Origin: Octopus vulgaris
Lineage: Eukaryota
Reading direction: 5' to 3'
Length of the DNA: 64,000 nt
Assembly (NCBI GenBank): GCA_951406725.2
Contig: OX597836.1
Span: 42,346,001 to 42,410,000, forward strand
Shown here: positions 1-13,500 of the stretch, piece after piece
Layout of the letters: each line of letters starts with the position of its first letter
How positions within the stretch are numbered: position 1 is the first letter of the stretch
The notes under the pieces: generated by a model
What the model was told of the DNA's origin: nothing
Seen by the model: only the letters and a program-made list of their open reading frames with translations
Database searches by the model: none
Translations under genes and position numbers: made by a program

Positions 1-1435
1 AAGACTAACTTCTCTCTTGCCATTCCACTTATTGTTCTCTCAATAAGGGAACCATGATTAATGTATTTCTCTCGTGGCCTGTTTTTGACAAGTATTCATT
101 CGTTTGTAAATGACTGTATATCCCTTTTCTGAATTTTCCCTGAAACACATATGTAGTCGTAACTTCACAAGCACCTGTATCGTTCGATTTTACCTCTCTC
201 ACAAGAAGGTGGGTGTTGTAGGAACTAATATTCTCTTCCTGATTGAGATTCGAATTTCCAATCTAAAACTTCTCTCTTGCCATTCCACCCATTGGTTCTG
301 TCAATAAGGGAACCATGATTAAGGTATTTCCCTCTTGTAACGGTTAGTACTTCGCTGCAGTTGAGGGTCACCAATTGTAACGGTTTTTGTTGTTAAGGTG
401 TTGGTTGCCGGTGTGCAAGATTGGGAGAAGAACAGAGATTGAAGTTGTAAAGAGATATTTATTTACCTTTACATTAATATATCTCCAAAACCACGACAGG
501 TTGGTATGTATAACTGGTTAAATGGAAAAGCATGCGAGGTACAAAGATTTAATTTCGGCCGGTAGGCGTGTACACGATCTCATAGTAGTATATATAGAGA
601 GAGATGATAATGTTACAGAGAAAAGAAAGTGAGTTAGTGAAAGGGAGAGTGGTGGGAGAAACAACTGCTTCGTTGGTGAGTTAACATAGTTGTCCCTTTG
701 TTCAGCCGTCAGCCAGACTCGGTTCTCACTAACTGACTTTGGCTTGCGGAGTTCTTGTTTTTATAACTATCCAAAACCAGCCAGAAGGATAGACACATTG
801 TTGAGAACAATAGATTTCGTTGGTGGTACCTGTTATCTCTATTCTAGCTTTTGGTGGCCCAGAAGAGATTATAAGGGGTCACGTGGCAAAACCATTATTC
901 TGCTTAGCGATGGTATCTGGCAAATGTAACTGCTGTCACTCACAGAAAAACTATTGTTTTGCCGTGAGAAAAAAGCTGTTGAAGTGCTTAATTAAATTTG
1001 GCGATTGAGGATCGAATCCACGCCAAGCCTTCATGAACCACTGCACTCTCCTGACCTGTTTTTGACAAGTATTCATTCGTTTGTAAATGACTGTTTATAC
1101 ATTTTCTGCATTTTTCTTGAAACACATATGCAGTCATAACTGCACAAGCAACTGTATCGTTCGATTTTTAGTTCTCCCACATGAAGGTGAGTGTTGTAGA
1201 AACTGGAATTTCTCTTCCTAGCTGAGATTCGAAATCGAATCTGAAACTTCTCGTTTGCCATTCCAGTTTTTGTTCTGTCAGTAAGGGAACCATGAATAAG
1301 GTATTTCTCTCTTGACCTGTGAACCGTGAGTATGATAACAAGTTCACGTACAATAACGGTCGACCTACTTCTACCCACCCTTTGTTCACAACGGTGTGTA
1401 CACCCGTGTAACTATTGTGTATATTGCTATAAATA

Positions 1436-1800
1436 AGGCGGCGAGCTGGCAGAAACGTTAGCACGCCGGGCGAAAAGCTGAGCGGTATTTCGTCTGCCGC
1501 TGTATTCTGAGTTCAAATTCCGCCGAGGTCGACTTTGCCTTTCATCCTTTCGGGGTCGATAAATTAAGTACCAGTTACGTACTGGGGTCGATGTAATCGA
1601 CTTAATCCGTTTGTCTGTCTGCGTTCGACCTCTCTGTGTTTAACCTCTTGTGGGTAGAAAAGAAATAGGTATTTCGTCTGCCGCTACGTTCTGAGTTCAA
1701 ATTTCACCGAGGTCAACTTCGCCTTTCATCCATTTGGGGTCTATTAAATAAGTACCAGATACGCACTGGGGTCGATATAATCGACTTAATCCGTTTGTCT
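1436..1800 (+). repeat. Same SINE family (further copies at ~19015-19430, 21869-22220, 30327-30750, 63240-63640 and many diverged ones)
   Basis: GGCGAGCTGGCAGAAACGTTAGCAC head, B box, conserved core. Confidence 0.8.
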
Positions 1801-1807
1801 ATACTTG

Positions 1808-1974
<167 letters not shown>

Positions 1975-2270
1975 ATAGAAATGGTAAGACAGCAAAAGAA
2001 TGAAAGAAAACTCAATATTATGTAAATAGAGGAATTTATCTGTAAATATAATAGGTGACAATTATTCGGTAATTTGCTGAGTGGTTGATATTAGGAAAGG
2101 CATCTAGCTGTAAAAATCCAGCCAAAACTGTCACAGAAGTCTGGTGCACGGAAGTTAAATGAGTATGAGGAAGATGATGACAGGCTTCAGCAGGACTATA
2201 ATCACTAAACTGTCCCCTATCAGCCTTCCCCATATTACATCCTGGGAACACAACCAAGTCTTTAGCTAAA

Positions 2271-2333
<63 letters not shown>

Positions 2334-3485
2334 TGACACAATGTCGATTACAATGACGAGGGTCCCAGTTGATCTGATCAACGGAACGTCCTGCCGTGAA
2401 ATTAACGTGAAAGTGGCTGAGCACTCCACAGACACAGGTACTCTTAAGTTAGTTCTCATGGAGAATTCAGTATGACATAGAGTGTGATAGAGCTGGCCCT
2501 TTGAACTATGAGTATTACTCATTTTCGCCAGGTGAGTGGGCTGGAGCAACGTGAAATAAAGTATCTTGCTCAAAGATACAACGCGCCAACAGGAATCGAA
2601 CTAAGGACCTTACGACCGCGAGGCGAATGGCCCCTTGCCACTAAGTCACGTGCCTTCAAAAACACTATATACATATAAATGCACATATGAATACGTGCCC
2701 AAACAGGGTGTTAAAGGTTCAGGCATCTGCGCCCCTATTCAAATCCCACCGAAGAACTCCGACACATGTATCAGCCCTACACGCCTACCAACCCCTTAAC
2801 ACCCTACACATATTTCTACCCAACATATTCGCATTCTTATAGCCAAACATAAGAATTTAGAGACCAGGGGACGTAACTCTTAGTAAATTCCACACAATTA
2901 TTTTCCGTGACTTCATTTCGTTCCCGCTCTCTCCTTTTTACAACAACCACAAACGAAATGTGGCATTTTGTCACCTCCTGCCGCAAGGCACAGTCGAATA
3001 TTTATTCTATGCCTTCCATCTCTGACTCGGAAGCACATGTGTTTTAGATAACCATCCAGCTATCCAATATCTGGTTATCTGACAATAATTTTACTTTAAA
3101 CAGAATACTTTTTCTCGAGTAATTATTTACTATTTTTCGTTTTGGGATTTGGTTTGCAGGAGTCTTTATATGAGTTCGTGTGTTGAAGCATATTCTATTG
3201 TGTCTGAGGAGAGTCGTTTTCTTTTTCTGCCTTATTATGTAACACACTCACCGGTAAAATTTCCACGTTTTTCTTATTTTTATTATCCTAAAATTTTCGT
3301 TGCGTCTTGCAACCTTTTTAATAGTTTTATTTATTATTCTTTAACAAGAACAGCTTTGACACGGCTTCAAAGTTTCGGCTTGCTTATCCTTCATCAGACT
3401 GTGATATGTTTGAGTTCATCTATTAAACTGACAACAGCTATAATGTAGTCAATCATACCAAAAATGTTAAATCATAAACCATTCT

Positions 3486-3806
3486 TTATTCTACAATCTT
3501 TAATCGTTGTTGAATGTCGATTTCATATAAATTAGATCTCAGTCCGCAAAGTTTATGAATATAATTCTCTTGAGTACAATTAAAATAAAGAATGAAACTC
3601 TTGCAATAATGACAAAGAACAGGGATTGAGTCCATGAGGAGTCCAGCCCGTTCTTCATTTCGGTTGAGTTTATCTACCAGGAGTATTTTCAAGGACTGGT
3701 ACTTGGCAATAGCATTGGAATATCGTAGCTTGTGTTTCTCATTTACACTTCGTTTCAATAGTTGTCTTATTTCGTTCAAAAGATTCTCCAAATGAATCAG
3801 CTGGTT
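3486..3806 (-). CDS. Copy A exon 10 (terminal, CHYC motif)
   Basis: 321 nt, tttttag|AAC ... TAA. Confidence 0.78.
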   Translation of the reverse strand, partial: NQLIHLENLLNEIRQLLKRSVNEKHKLRYSNAIAKYQSLKILLVDKLNRNEERAGLLMDSIPVLCHYCKSFILYFNCTQENYIHKLCGLRSNLYEIDIQQRLKIVE

Positions 3807-3842
3807 CTAAAAATAAAAAGAAAGTGAAATTAATATATATAT

Positions 3843-3917
<75 letters not shown>

Positions 3918-4505
3918 TAAAAAGAATTCCAACCTTGTCTGATTTTCACGTTTTATTTACAATCTTATAATTGTTATGATGATGACAATTGAAATATAAA
4001 AATATAAAAATCTCTGACAAAGGATATTTACAACATTTCTAAAAATAACCCAACAATTGCTGCTTCGGCCAGGGTCAAGATACAGGACTCTTGACCTGTC
4101 CAACAAAGCGTGATGCCTAAACCAATCAGCTCAACCAACCAATCAGCTTAAGTAATTGAGTGATACTACACACTGATTGGTCAGAATACAGTTTGCAAAA
4201 CCTAGCACTCTGGAGCCTACCCAGCTGTATTTATAGCACAGAATCACTCATCTTGCTACAGTCAAAAATTGTGAAGCATGACTGTCAACACTACTACATG
4301 AACCCGAAGATTGCAGAATTCAATGCATGAAAGTACTAGTTCAATCAGAATGAATATTTAACATTCTACTATTTCATTTTATTTTATTCAATTATAATAT
4401 ATTATCTTATAATATATCATTATAAGATTGTAAATAAAACGTGAAAATCAGACAAGGTTGGAATTCTTTTTATTAATATATTCTTCTATACACAATCACA
4501 CACAC

Positions 4506-4561
<56 letters not shown>

Positions 4562-7500
4562 ATCTTCATCATCATCATTTACCGTCCGTTTCCCATGCTG
4601 GCATGGGTTGGACGGTTTGACTGAGGACTGGCAATCCTGTAGGATGCACCAAGCTCCAATCTGATCTGGCAAGGTTTCTACAGCTGGATGCCTTTCCTAA
4701 TGCTAACCACTCTGAGAGTGTAATTCATGCTTTTTACGTGCCACCAACACGGGAGCCAGTCAGGTGGCGCTGGCACTGACCACGTTTGGATGGGGCTTTT
4801 TATGTGCCACCAGCACGGGGAGCCAATCAAGCAGCACTAGCATCGTTCTGATGCTGGAGTTGACTTTGCTCAAATCTTAGAACTGAGAAGCAGGAGTGGC
4901 ACCAGGTCCTATGTTCTGATGCTTTATTTTCCCAGGAAGAAAAATGGAATGTTGCATCGCTTCATATTTTCTTTTAGTTTGTCTTTGAAGAACAAGAGTA
5001 GAATTCCAACAGACTTTCCTGCTGGAAAATGGCCAAAGAGAAGTTGCTTTAGAATTCTAATATCACTCATACATGAGAGATGATCTCATACATTCTGGAA
5101 ACTACCATACCTATTTCTTTGCTACCCACAAGGGGCTAAACACAGAGAGGACAAACAAGGACAGACAAACGGATTAAGTCTATTATATCGACCCCAGTGC
5201 GTGACTGGTACTTATTTAATCGGCCCCGAAAGGATGAAAGGCAAAGTCGACCTCGGCGGAATTTGAACTCAGAACGTAGCGGCAGACGAAATTCCTATTT
5301 CTTTACTACCCATAAGGGCTAAACACAGAGAGGACAAACAAGGACAGACAAACGGATTAAGTCGATTATATCGACCCCAGTGCGTGACTGGTACTTATTT
5401 AATCGGCCCCGAAAGGATGAAAGGCAAAGTCGACCTCGGCGGAATTTGAACTCAGAACGTAGCGGCAGACGAAATTCCTATTTCTTTACTACCCATAAGG
5501 GCTAAACACAGAGAGGACAAACAAGGACAGACAAACGGATTAAGTCGATTATATCGACCCCAGTGCGTGACTGGTACTTATTTAATCGGCCCCGAAAGGA
5601 TGAAAGGCAAAGTCGACCTCGGCGGAATTTGAACTCAGAACGTAGCGGCAGACGAAATTCCTATTTCTTTACTACCCATAAGGGCTAAACACAGAGAGGA
5701 CAAACAAGGACAGACAAACGGATTAAGTCGATTATATCGACCCCAGTGCGTGACTGGTACTTATTTAATCGGCCCCGAAAGGATGAAAGGCAAAGTCGAC
5801 CTCGGCGGAATTTGAACTCAGAATGTAGCGGCAGACGAAATACTGCTAAGCATTTTGCCCGGCGTGCTAACGTTTCTGCCATTGAAGTAATTGGTAGGGA
5901 GGCACTTCACGAAACTGAGGAATTACCAAAACTAATGGAGGACCGCGATACCTGACATAATTTTTTTCGTAGTATAGGCAGAAAGCCTGAAAAATTGGAC
6001 GAATGGTCTAGTTAATTATATTGACCCCAGTACTCAACTGGTATTCTATTGACCTTGAAAGGATGAAAGGCCAAGTCAACCTTGGTAGTATCTGAACTGA
6101 GAACATAAAAGAGCCAGGAGCAAAACTGGTAAGTATTTTGTCTAGCAAGGTAACGATTCTGTCAGCTTGAGGCCCTAACCTGACATATCACTAGGTTTCA
6201 AATTTTGGCACAAGGCCAGCAATTTCAGGAGTGAGCGTAAATTACATCAACCCCAGTGCTCAGCTGGTACTTATTTTTTGACCCCCAAAAGAACAAAAGG
6301 CAAAACTGACTCCAGCAGAATTTGAACTCAGAACGGGAAGGCGGACGAAATGCCAATAACCATTTTGCCCAGCATGCTAATGATTCTACCTGTTTGACAC
6401 CTTAATACAGAGAATAATATTGATTTCGCATTTTGGCACAAGGCCAGCAATTTCAACGAATCGGGTGGAAGGCTGGTTACATCGACCCCAGTGCTCAATT
6501 GGTTCTTATTTTATTGACCCCGAAAGGATGAAAGGTAAAACTGACATCAGCAGAATTTGAACTCAGAATGTAAAGACGGACGAAAATCTGTTAAGTATTT
6601 TGCCTGGTACAGTAACGATTCTGCCAGCTTGCTCTTCTTTAGCTGACATATCGTAATAAAATTCCTCACGGAAGCAGCTACTTGAAGAATGAAGAACAGA
6701 TACCAACTCATCCTTCCATTAATCCTATGCCTCTCAACCATTTTCTGCCCTCTGGACCACTTTGGTTCCTATCTAACTCAAAGAGATCTTCTTAACCATT
6801 CAATGTTTAAAAATACCCATTCTTTTTTTTATTTTTTTATTTTTTACATTTCAACCCTAAGGCTGTGACCATGCTGGGGCACCTGGTTATTGTATTAAAA
6901 ACATTCTTAAAATATTGGGTCATCCCATAAACGAGATTTTTTCAGTTGCATGCATTAAAAGTCGGAGGGGGATGGGATAAACTACCTTCATCAACTTGCT
7001 TTATAGCAGGTAGTAATTTTACCATGTACTTATTCTTAGTGCAAGTTTTGAAGGCAACAATGCAACGAAAAGTGCAAGGAATATTAATACAGTATATGGG
7101 GTCATGCAATAAGTGTAAGCCAGTGTCAATAGTGGTTCCTGAAATTACGAGCCGGAAACTACAACCTAGAAGATTGGCTTCATCTTGGAAGATCTGTAGA
7201 GCTCAACGAGGACAACCTGCAAACCCAGAGGAAGAAAATCCCATCGTAACTGTTGAGGAACTAGCAGAGAATCTTGGGTTTGGTAATTCAACCATTCAAC
7301 TTAAGTCAGTGTTAGAAGAAAAACGGCCATCTTTGGTTTCAAGACGGAAGTTGTACTTCCATTAGGATAATGCTTGGCTACATACGACGATGACATTTCC
7401 AAAGCTGGAGCAGTTTGAATGGGAAACGATGCCCCACCCAGCATATTCACCAGACATTGCTCCATCTGATTATCATTTATTCCACACTCTTCAAAATAAT

Positions 7501-10500
7501 TTGGACAGGAAAAATATGAATTATGTAGACAAGGTGTTGCCCCAGCATGGCCGCGGCCTTCGGGCTAAAACATTTTTAAGGATTTAAGGTCCGAACCGTA
7601 CTGGAAGAGTATTTTATTTATGGACAAATGAATTTTGGTAAAAGGCCCTTGCAAGTCTACCAGATAAATAATGGAAGAGAATTGTAGAAAATGAAGGAGG
7701 GTAACATTTAGATTAAAAAAGATTTTAATTATCTTAATTTTGAAAAAATAAAAGAAATATAAAAAAAACCACATTATTTATGGGATGATCCAATATTTTT
7801 GTATTTTAGAAGTATTACCAATTATCAATCATCAATCAATCAATCATCAATCCATCAATCAACCAATCAATCAATCCATCAATTAATCCACCAATCAATC
7901 CAGTAATCGATCAAATAATCAATTCATCATCAATCCATCAATAAATATCCATCATCAATCCATCAATCTGTCCACCATCTATCTATCAGTCAATCTATCA
8001 ATCAACAATGACAACATATATGATAATTAACCATACCTGAGGGTTTTCCAAATTGAGATAAACCATGTGTTCTAAAGCCAGAGAGGGTGATTCAGCCTCT
8101 GACGAACCGCTCAACAAACGGTCACTGTAACCTTCGAGCATGTCCTTGAAACAACTCTTGGCATTTTCGAATTCCTCTTTCAGCAGATAGCAGTGCGCAA
8201 TCGCATGAATGACATTCATCTTTCCGGTGTAGTTTGGGTGTATCTGGTTGTAGATATCCAAAGCCTCATGAAAAAATGTCAGGCTGTAGGAGATTTCATG
8301 CCTGGAATATGATGGCCGTAGTGGTTCAATGGTAAGATCGAGTCCAAAGTGGTAGTAGTGGTGGTGGTGATGGTGGTGATGGTGGTGGTGAAGATGGTGG
8401 TGGTGGTGGAGGTGGTGGTGGTGGTGGTAGCAGTAATAGTACAGGTGACAGTGAGAGGTGGTGATGGTGGTGATGATGATGGTGATAGTGGCAATGGTGA
8501 TGGTGGTGGTGGTGATGGTGGTGATGATGGTAATTGTGGCAATAGTAGTGGTGATGGAGATGCTGATGGTGGTGGTAGTGGTTGTAGTGATGGTGGTGGT
8601 GGTGGTGGTGGTAGCAGTAATTGTACAGGTGGCAGTTAGAGGTGGTGATGGTGGTGAAGGCGGCAGTGGTGGTGAAGATGTTAACAGTGAAGATGGTGGT
8701 GAAGGCAGTGGTAGTGATGGCAATGGTAGTGATGGAAATGGTGGTGGTTCTGGTAGTGGTGGTGGAGGTGGTGATTGTCATGACAGTGGTGGTGGCTATG
8801 GCAGTGGTGGTAATAGCAGTTATTCAAGAAACAGGGAGAGAGAGTGAGAGAAAATTAGGGAGAAAGTGTACAACAGGGGTCGCTACACCCCCCCCCCTGC
8901 CAGAGCCTTGTGGAACTTTAGGTGTTTTTGCTCAATAAACACACACAATGCCCAGTCTGGGAATTGAAACCATGATCCTCCGACTATGAGTCCGCTGCCC
9001 TAACCACTGGGCCATTGCACCCCCCACATATATATATATTATAACTTAGGGTATCTACGAGATACCGGCATGCTGAAAATAGCAGCCAGGATCTGACTCT
9101 AAAACCACCTTAAGTGTTCATATAGCACAAGGAGAGAAGACAAAGGACAAAATAAAACTAGTAAAAAATTACTGGATAATTCCAGATCCCTAGATCCGGA
9201 TTTCTAGAGTTAGATCCTGGCTGCTATTTTCAGCATGGTGGTATCTCGTAGAGACCCCAATTTATAATTTTAATAATAATTATTACCTTTGAAGGTTTTT
9301 ATTTCCATGCTGGCCACTTGATAAGATCGTTATTTGATTTAAATTAACAATCTTATCCTTATTTATTTATTTATATATATATATCCTCCCTTATTCCCCT
9401 TCCTTTCTTTCCCTCTCCATCCGTCTTCCCCCCCCTTCTACGTTTCTCTATCTCTCTCACCTCCAGCCCCCTCGTTCTGTCTCTTTCTTCTCCTCCCTCG
9501 TCCACCTTCTCTCTCTTTTCATCTGTCCCTTTCTCCTGTCTTTTGTTCTCACGTGACCGCTAGACGCTGTTGAGCGCTCTTTTCGTTCCAGCAGCCGAAG
9601 CAACACGTATTTGTTCGTCTCCCTGCGGCCATTAGGCACAACTTCATAAGCCAGCCCCATACTCAACTCGTCCTGTCGAAAGACCCTTGTCCTACGTCCT
9701 GGTTTTGTTTTGTTGTTTATTTTTTATTTTTACCGTTATTGTTTTTACGTTTTTGTATTTTTATTGGTGTCACGTATTCTGTATTTTTGTTCGTGTACTT
9801 CGTTCGTTTTCCGTCCTCGTGTTGTATACATTCGAAGCTTTCTTCCAGGGGATCTAATGCGCTTGGCTTAGATTTCCTTGGCGGGCTGCCCATATCGGAG
9901 CAATCTCAAGATTAATCAGCCGAAATTGCTAAGATGATCTGGTTCTTGACTGATGACTGAGGGCTTCGAATGTCCCGTCCTGTGGTTCTTGTGTCGTCTC
10001 TGTGGCGTTTCATGTTCTTGTCCATGTCTGTAATTATTTTTACTGTTTACCTATATATAAATATATATATACACACACATATATATATATACACATACAT
10101 ACACACACACGATATGTTTTTTGTGTATGTGTTAATAGTAAGAAAGTCTCTCTTCCGTGTGTGCAGAGAAGAGTTCCAATACACAAACTCCTTATATGGT
10201 CATACTAATGGCTGCATGCTCCAGACATGTGTCATATGACAGCAAACATGGATTAATGTATGTACATGTTCATCATCATCATGTAATGTCCGTTGTCCAG
10301 TGTTTGAGTGGTACCTGGATGGTTTGACCAGAACTGGCAAGGTGGGGAGCCTGTTCAGACCCCAGTCTGATTTGGCAAGGTTTCTATAGCTGGATGCCCT
10401 TCCTAACACCAACCCCTTCACAGATGTGCTGGTTGCGTTTACATTGCACCACATGAGTGCTTTTACATGGAACCATGTGGGTGCTATTACATGACACTGC

Positions 10501-13500
10501 ACAGGCGCATTTATATGGTACCACCAAAAGAGCTTTGCACCACCAGAAGGATCAATCTTAACACTTCTGCAGCGGAGTACGGGTATTCTTGAGTACGGCA
10601 TGGTACCGGGTATCACCATGTTTAATCCAGGAAGATCTTTTACGGGTCTACCAGGGGTATATGCTGCACATTGTACCGACCAACTATGCGCTCCTCTCTT
10701 TTAGGCCAGTCTTTTACAGTGGAATGATTCCTGTCATTGCAGCTGTGCCAAACACACTACAAGCACATATTTTTGGTATATCCCAGCTGCAGTCCTAGAA
10801 GGAGGGAAATCACCTTTAAATCAAATATTCATGTTTAAGCGTTTGTATCTAGCTACCACACATGTGGCATTAAGTTTCTTATATCTTCTTGACTCAATGT
10901 TGAGAATTTTGTGATTCAGGACCAACTTGAGCAGCATAAATAAAATCATGTTTAACTCTTGGAATACTGTTTGTCTAAATTACACACAGCCTCACATTCA
11001 CAATCAACCAATTACTTACATTCGCAAATACATTCAGTTAATCTGGTTGGTCAAACAAAGCTACTTCCAATCTCAAATGCACTTGACCAATGAGGCTGAT
11101 CAAACCAAAGTACTTACATTCTCAGATACACATAACCAGTGTAATGCAATACCAAGGAGGTGTCCATGTGTAGCCATCTATGCTTCTTTTGGATATCCTT
11201 GGCACTGAACAGGAGTTGAAGTGCTTTACCTGGAGGAAGAAGAAGAAATATTAGTTTCAAATTTTGGCACAAAGCCAGCAATTTTGGGGAGGGGGTAAGT
11301 TGATTACATCAACCCCAGTGTTTGACTGGTACCTGCTTTATTGACCCCGAAAGGATGAAAGGTAAAGTCATGTTGATTGTATGAAATATGGGTTTCATAT
11401 TATGGTTAGCAAGTTCAGGGGAGGTGAGTAAATCAATTACATTGACTCCAGTATACTACTGGTACTTATTTTATTGACCTCAAAATGATGAAAGCTAAAA
11501 TTCAACCTTGACAGAATTTGAACTCAGAATATATAAATGGACAAAATGCCACTAACAACTTTGCCCAACGTGTTGGTAATTCTGACAGTTCACCATCTTA
11601 AGAAGGAGAAATATTCTTTTCTACTCTAGGGACAAGGCCTGAAACTTTTGGTGTTGGTGTTTGTAGTGGGGGGGCAGTCGATTAGATCAACCCCCAGTAT
11701 GCAATTGGTACGTAATTTATCGACCCCAAAACAATGAAATGCAAAGTTGACCTCGGTGGAATTTGAACTCAGAACGTTAAGACAGAGGAAATGCCGCTAA
11801 GCATTTCACCTGGCACGCTAACGCTTCTGCCAGCTTGTCACCTTAAGAAAATTAATAAAGAAAACGACCAAATATTTATATTTGTAGTTTTAGATTTTAC
11901 TTAAAACTTAAAACTCTGTACTTACTGTGTTTGCCAAAGTTTCGGGATAATAAATTTGCTACATTACAGTACGATATCACAGATATCTTTGGATTTACAG
12001 TAACAATTTTCAATCTTTCACTAAGTGCAGCATTATAAAATTTGATTGCTTTATTATATTGTGAACCATCTGTTGAAAGAGAAAATGAAATAATATAAAC
12101 GTAATATTTCCCTATGGCCAGAGATGCTTTCACAGAAGACTGTAAATGAACAACACTGCATGGATGACAGTGACATTCGTTTACAACTATCATGCAAAGT
12201 CAAGGTAGGGAGATAGCAATACACTCATAAACATAAACGCACACACACACACACACAAATATATGGCTTTTATCAGTTTCTGTCAACCACATCCACTCAC
12301 ACAAATTGATTTGGTTGTCTCAGGGCCATAGTGGAAACCATCTACCCAAGGTGCCATGCAGTGGGCTTGAATTCAAAACCACGTTTTTGGGAAACAAAAT
12401 TCTTCACCATACAGCCACACCTGTGCTTAAATAGAAAGTAACAAAATATTTAGGGGAAAAAAGGGGGCTGGTGGTACCATACTTACTCCTTTCGTAATTA
12501 ACACCCATTGTATTCAGCATTTTAGATAAAAGAGGTATAGTCAAGCCTGACATTTTCTTTAAGTTTTCTGTCAATATTTTCTCACATTTATCATAATAAC
12601 CTGCAAAGAAGAAGAAGAAGAAGAAGAAGAAGAAGAAGAAGAAGAAGAAGAAGAAGAAGAAGAAGAAGAGAAAAGAAGAAGTGAAGAAGAAGAAGAAGAA
12701 GAAGAAGAAGAAGAAGAAGAAGAAGAAGAAAAGAAGAAGAAGAATCATTGTATGAGTATATAAACACACTTACATTTGGTACACCTGGACAGGTGAAAGA
12801 TAAACATGTTCATCTAAGTGGGGTGATGAAAAGTTACTGGTTTTAAGGCTATCGAGAAAGATCTGGCTGGGGGTAAAACATTTTGAGTTCTTTTACAGGG
12901 CTTAGAAAAACTGAAGGACGACTGTAGGACGTGTGTGAATCTGAGAGGGGAATATCATTGTCATCGTCATCATCATTTAAAGTCCACCTTCCATGCTGGC
13001 AGGCCATGTGGTTGGAATGTTTGATAGGAGCTGACCAGGCATGAGCCCAGGCATGACTTCTGTGTCTAGACTTGTGTCTGTTTGGCACAGTTTTTACACC
13101 TGGATTCCTGTCCTAACACCAACCACCTGGCAATAAAATCATAATTTATTGATCCTCCTCTATTTTTTTTTACCCAAAATTTGGAACTTTTCAGCGTCCT
13201 CTTGTGCGTACATTATCACATGTTTTATGAGGGGGTGCTGGAAAGTTCCTGGCTTTAAGGATATCGTGAAAGACCTAGTTGGGGGCCCAACTTTCTAAAT
13301 TCTTTTACAGGACTTAGAAAAACTGAAGGACCTCTGCAGCAAATGTGAGAATCTGTGAGGGGAATATGTTGAGTAAAATCATAATTAACTGATCCTCCTG
13401 CACTTTCCTTAACTCAAAGCCAGGAACTTTCTCAGCATCCCCTCATGTCCACATACACTTAACAACCACATGACAGAATCTATAATGTAGTCTTCAGCCT

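Noticed and set aside
3275-3405. Two hammerhead-like remnants on the minus strand
   Set aside because: Core or cleavage-site nucleotides are altered (TTAAAAA core in one, GCC triplet in the other); too decayed to call
8279-8938. His/Thr/Pro/Val-rich ORFs (also 39011-39538)
   Set aside because: Frames through a (GGT)n tract; only 8037-8301 has splice sites and fixed length in both copies
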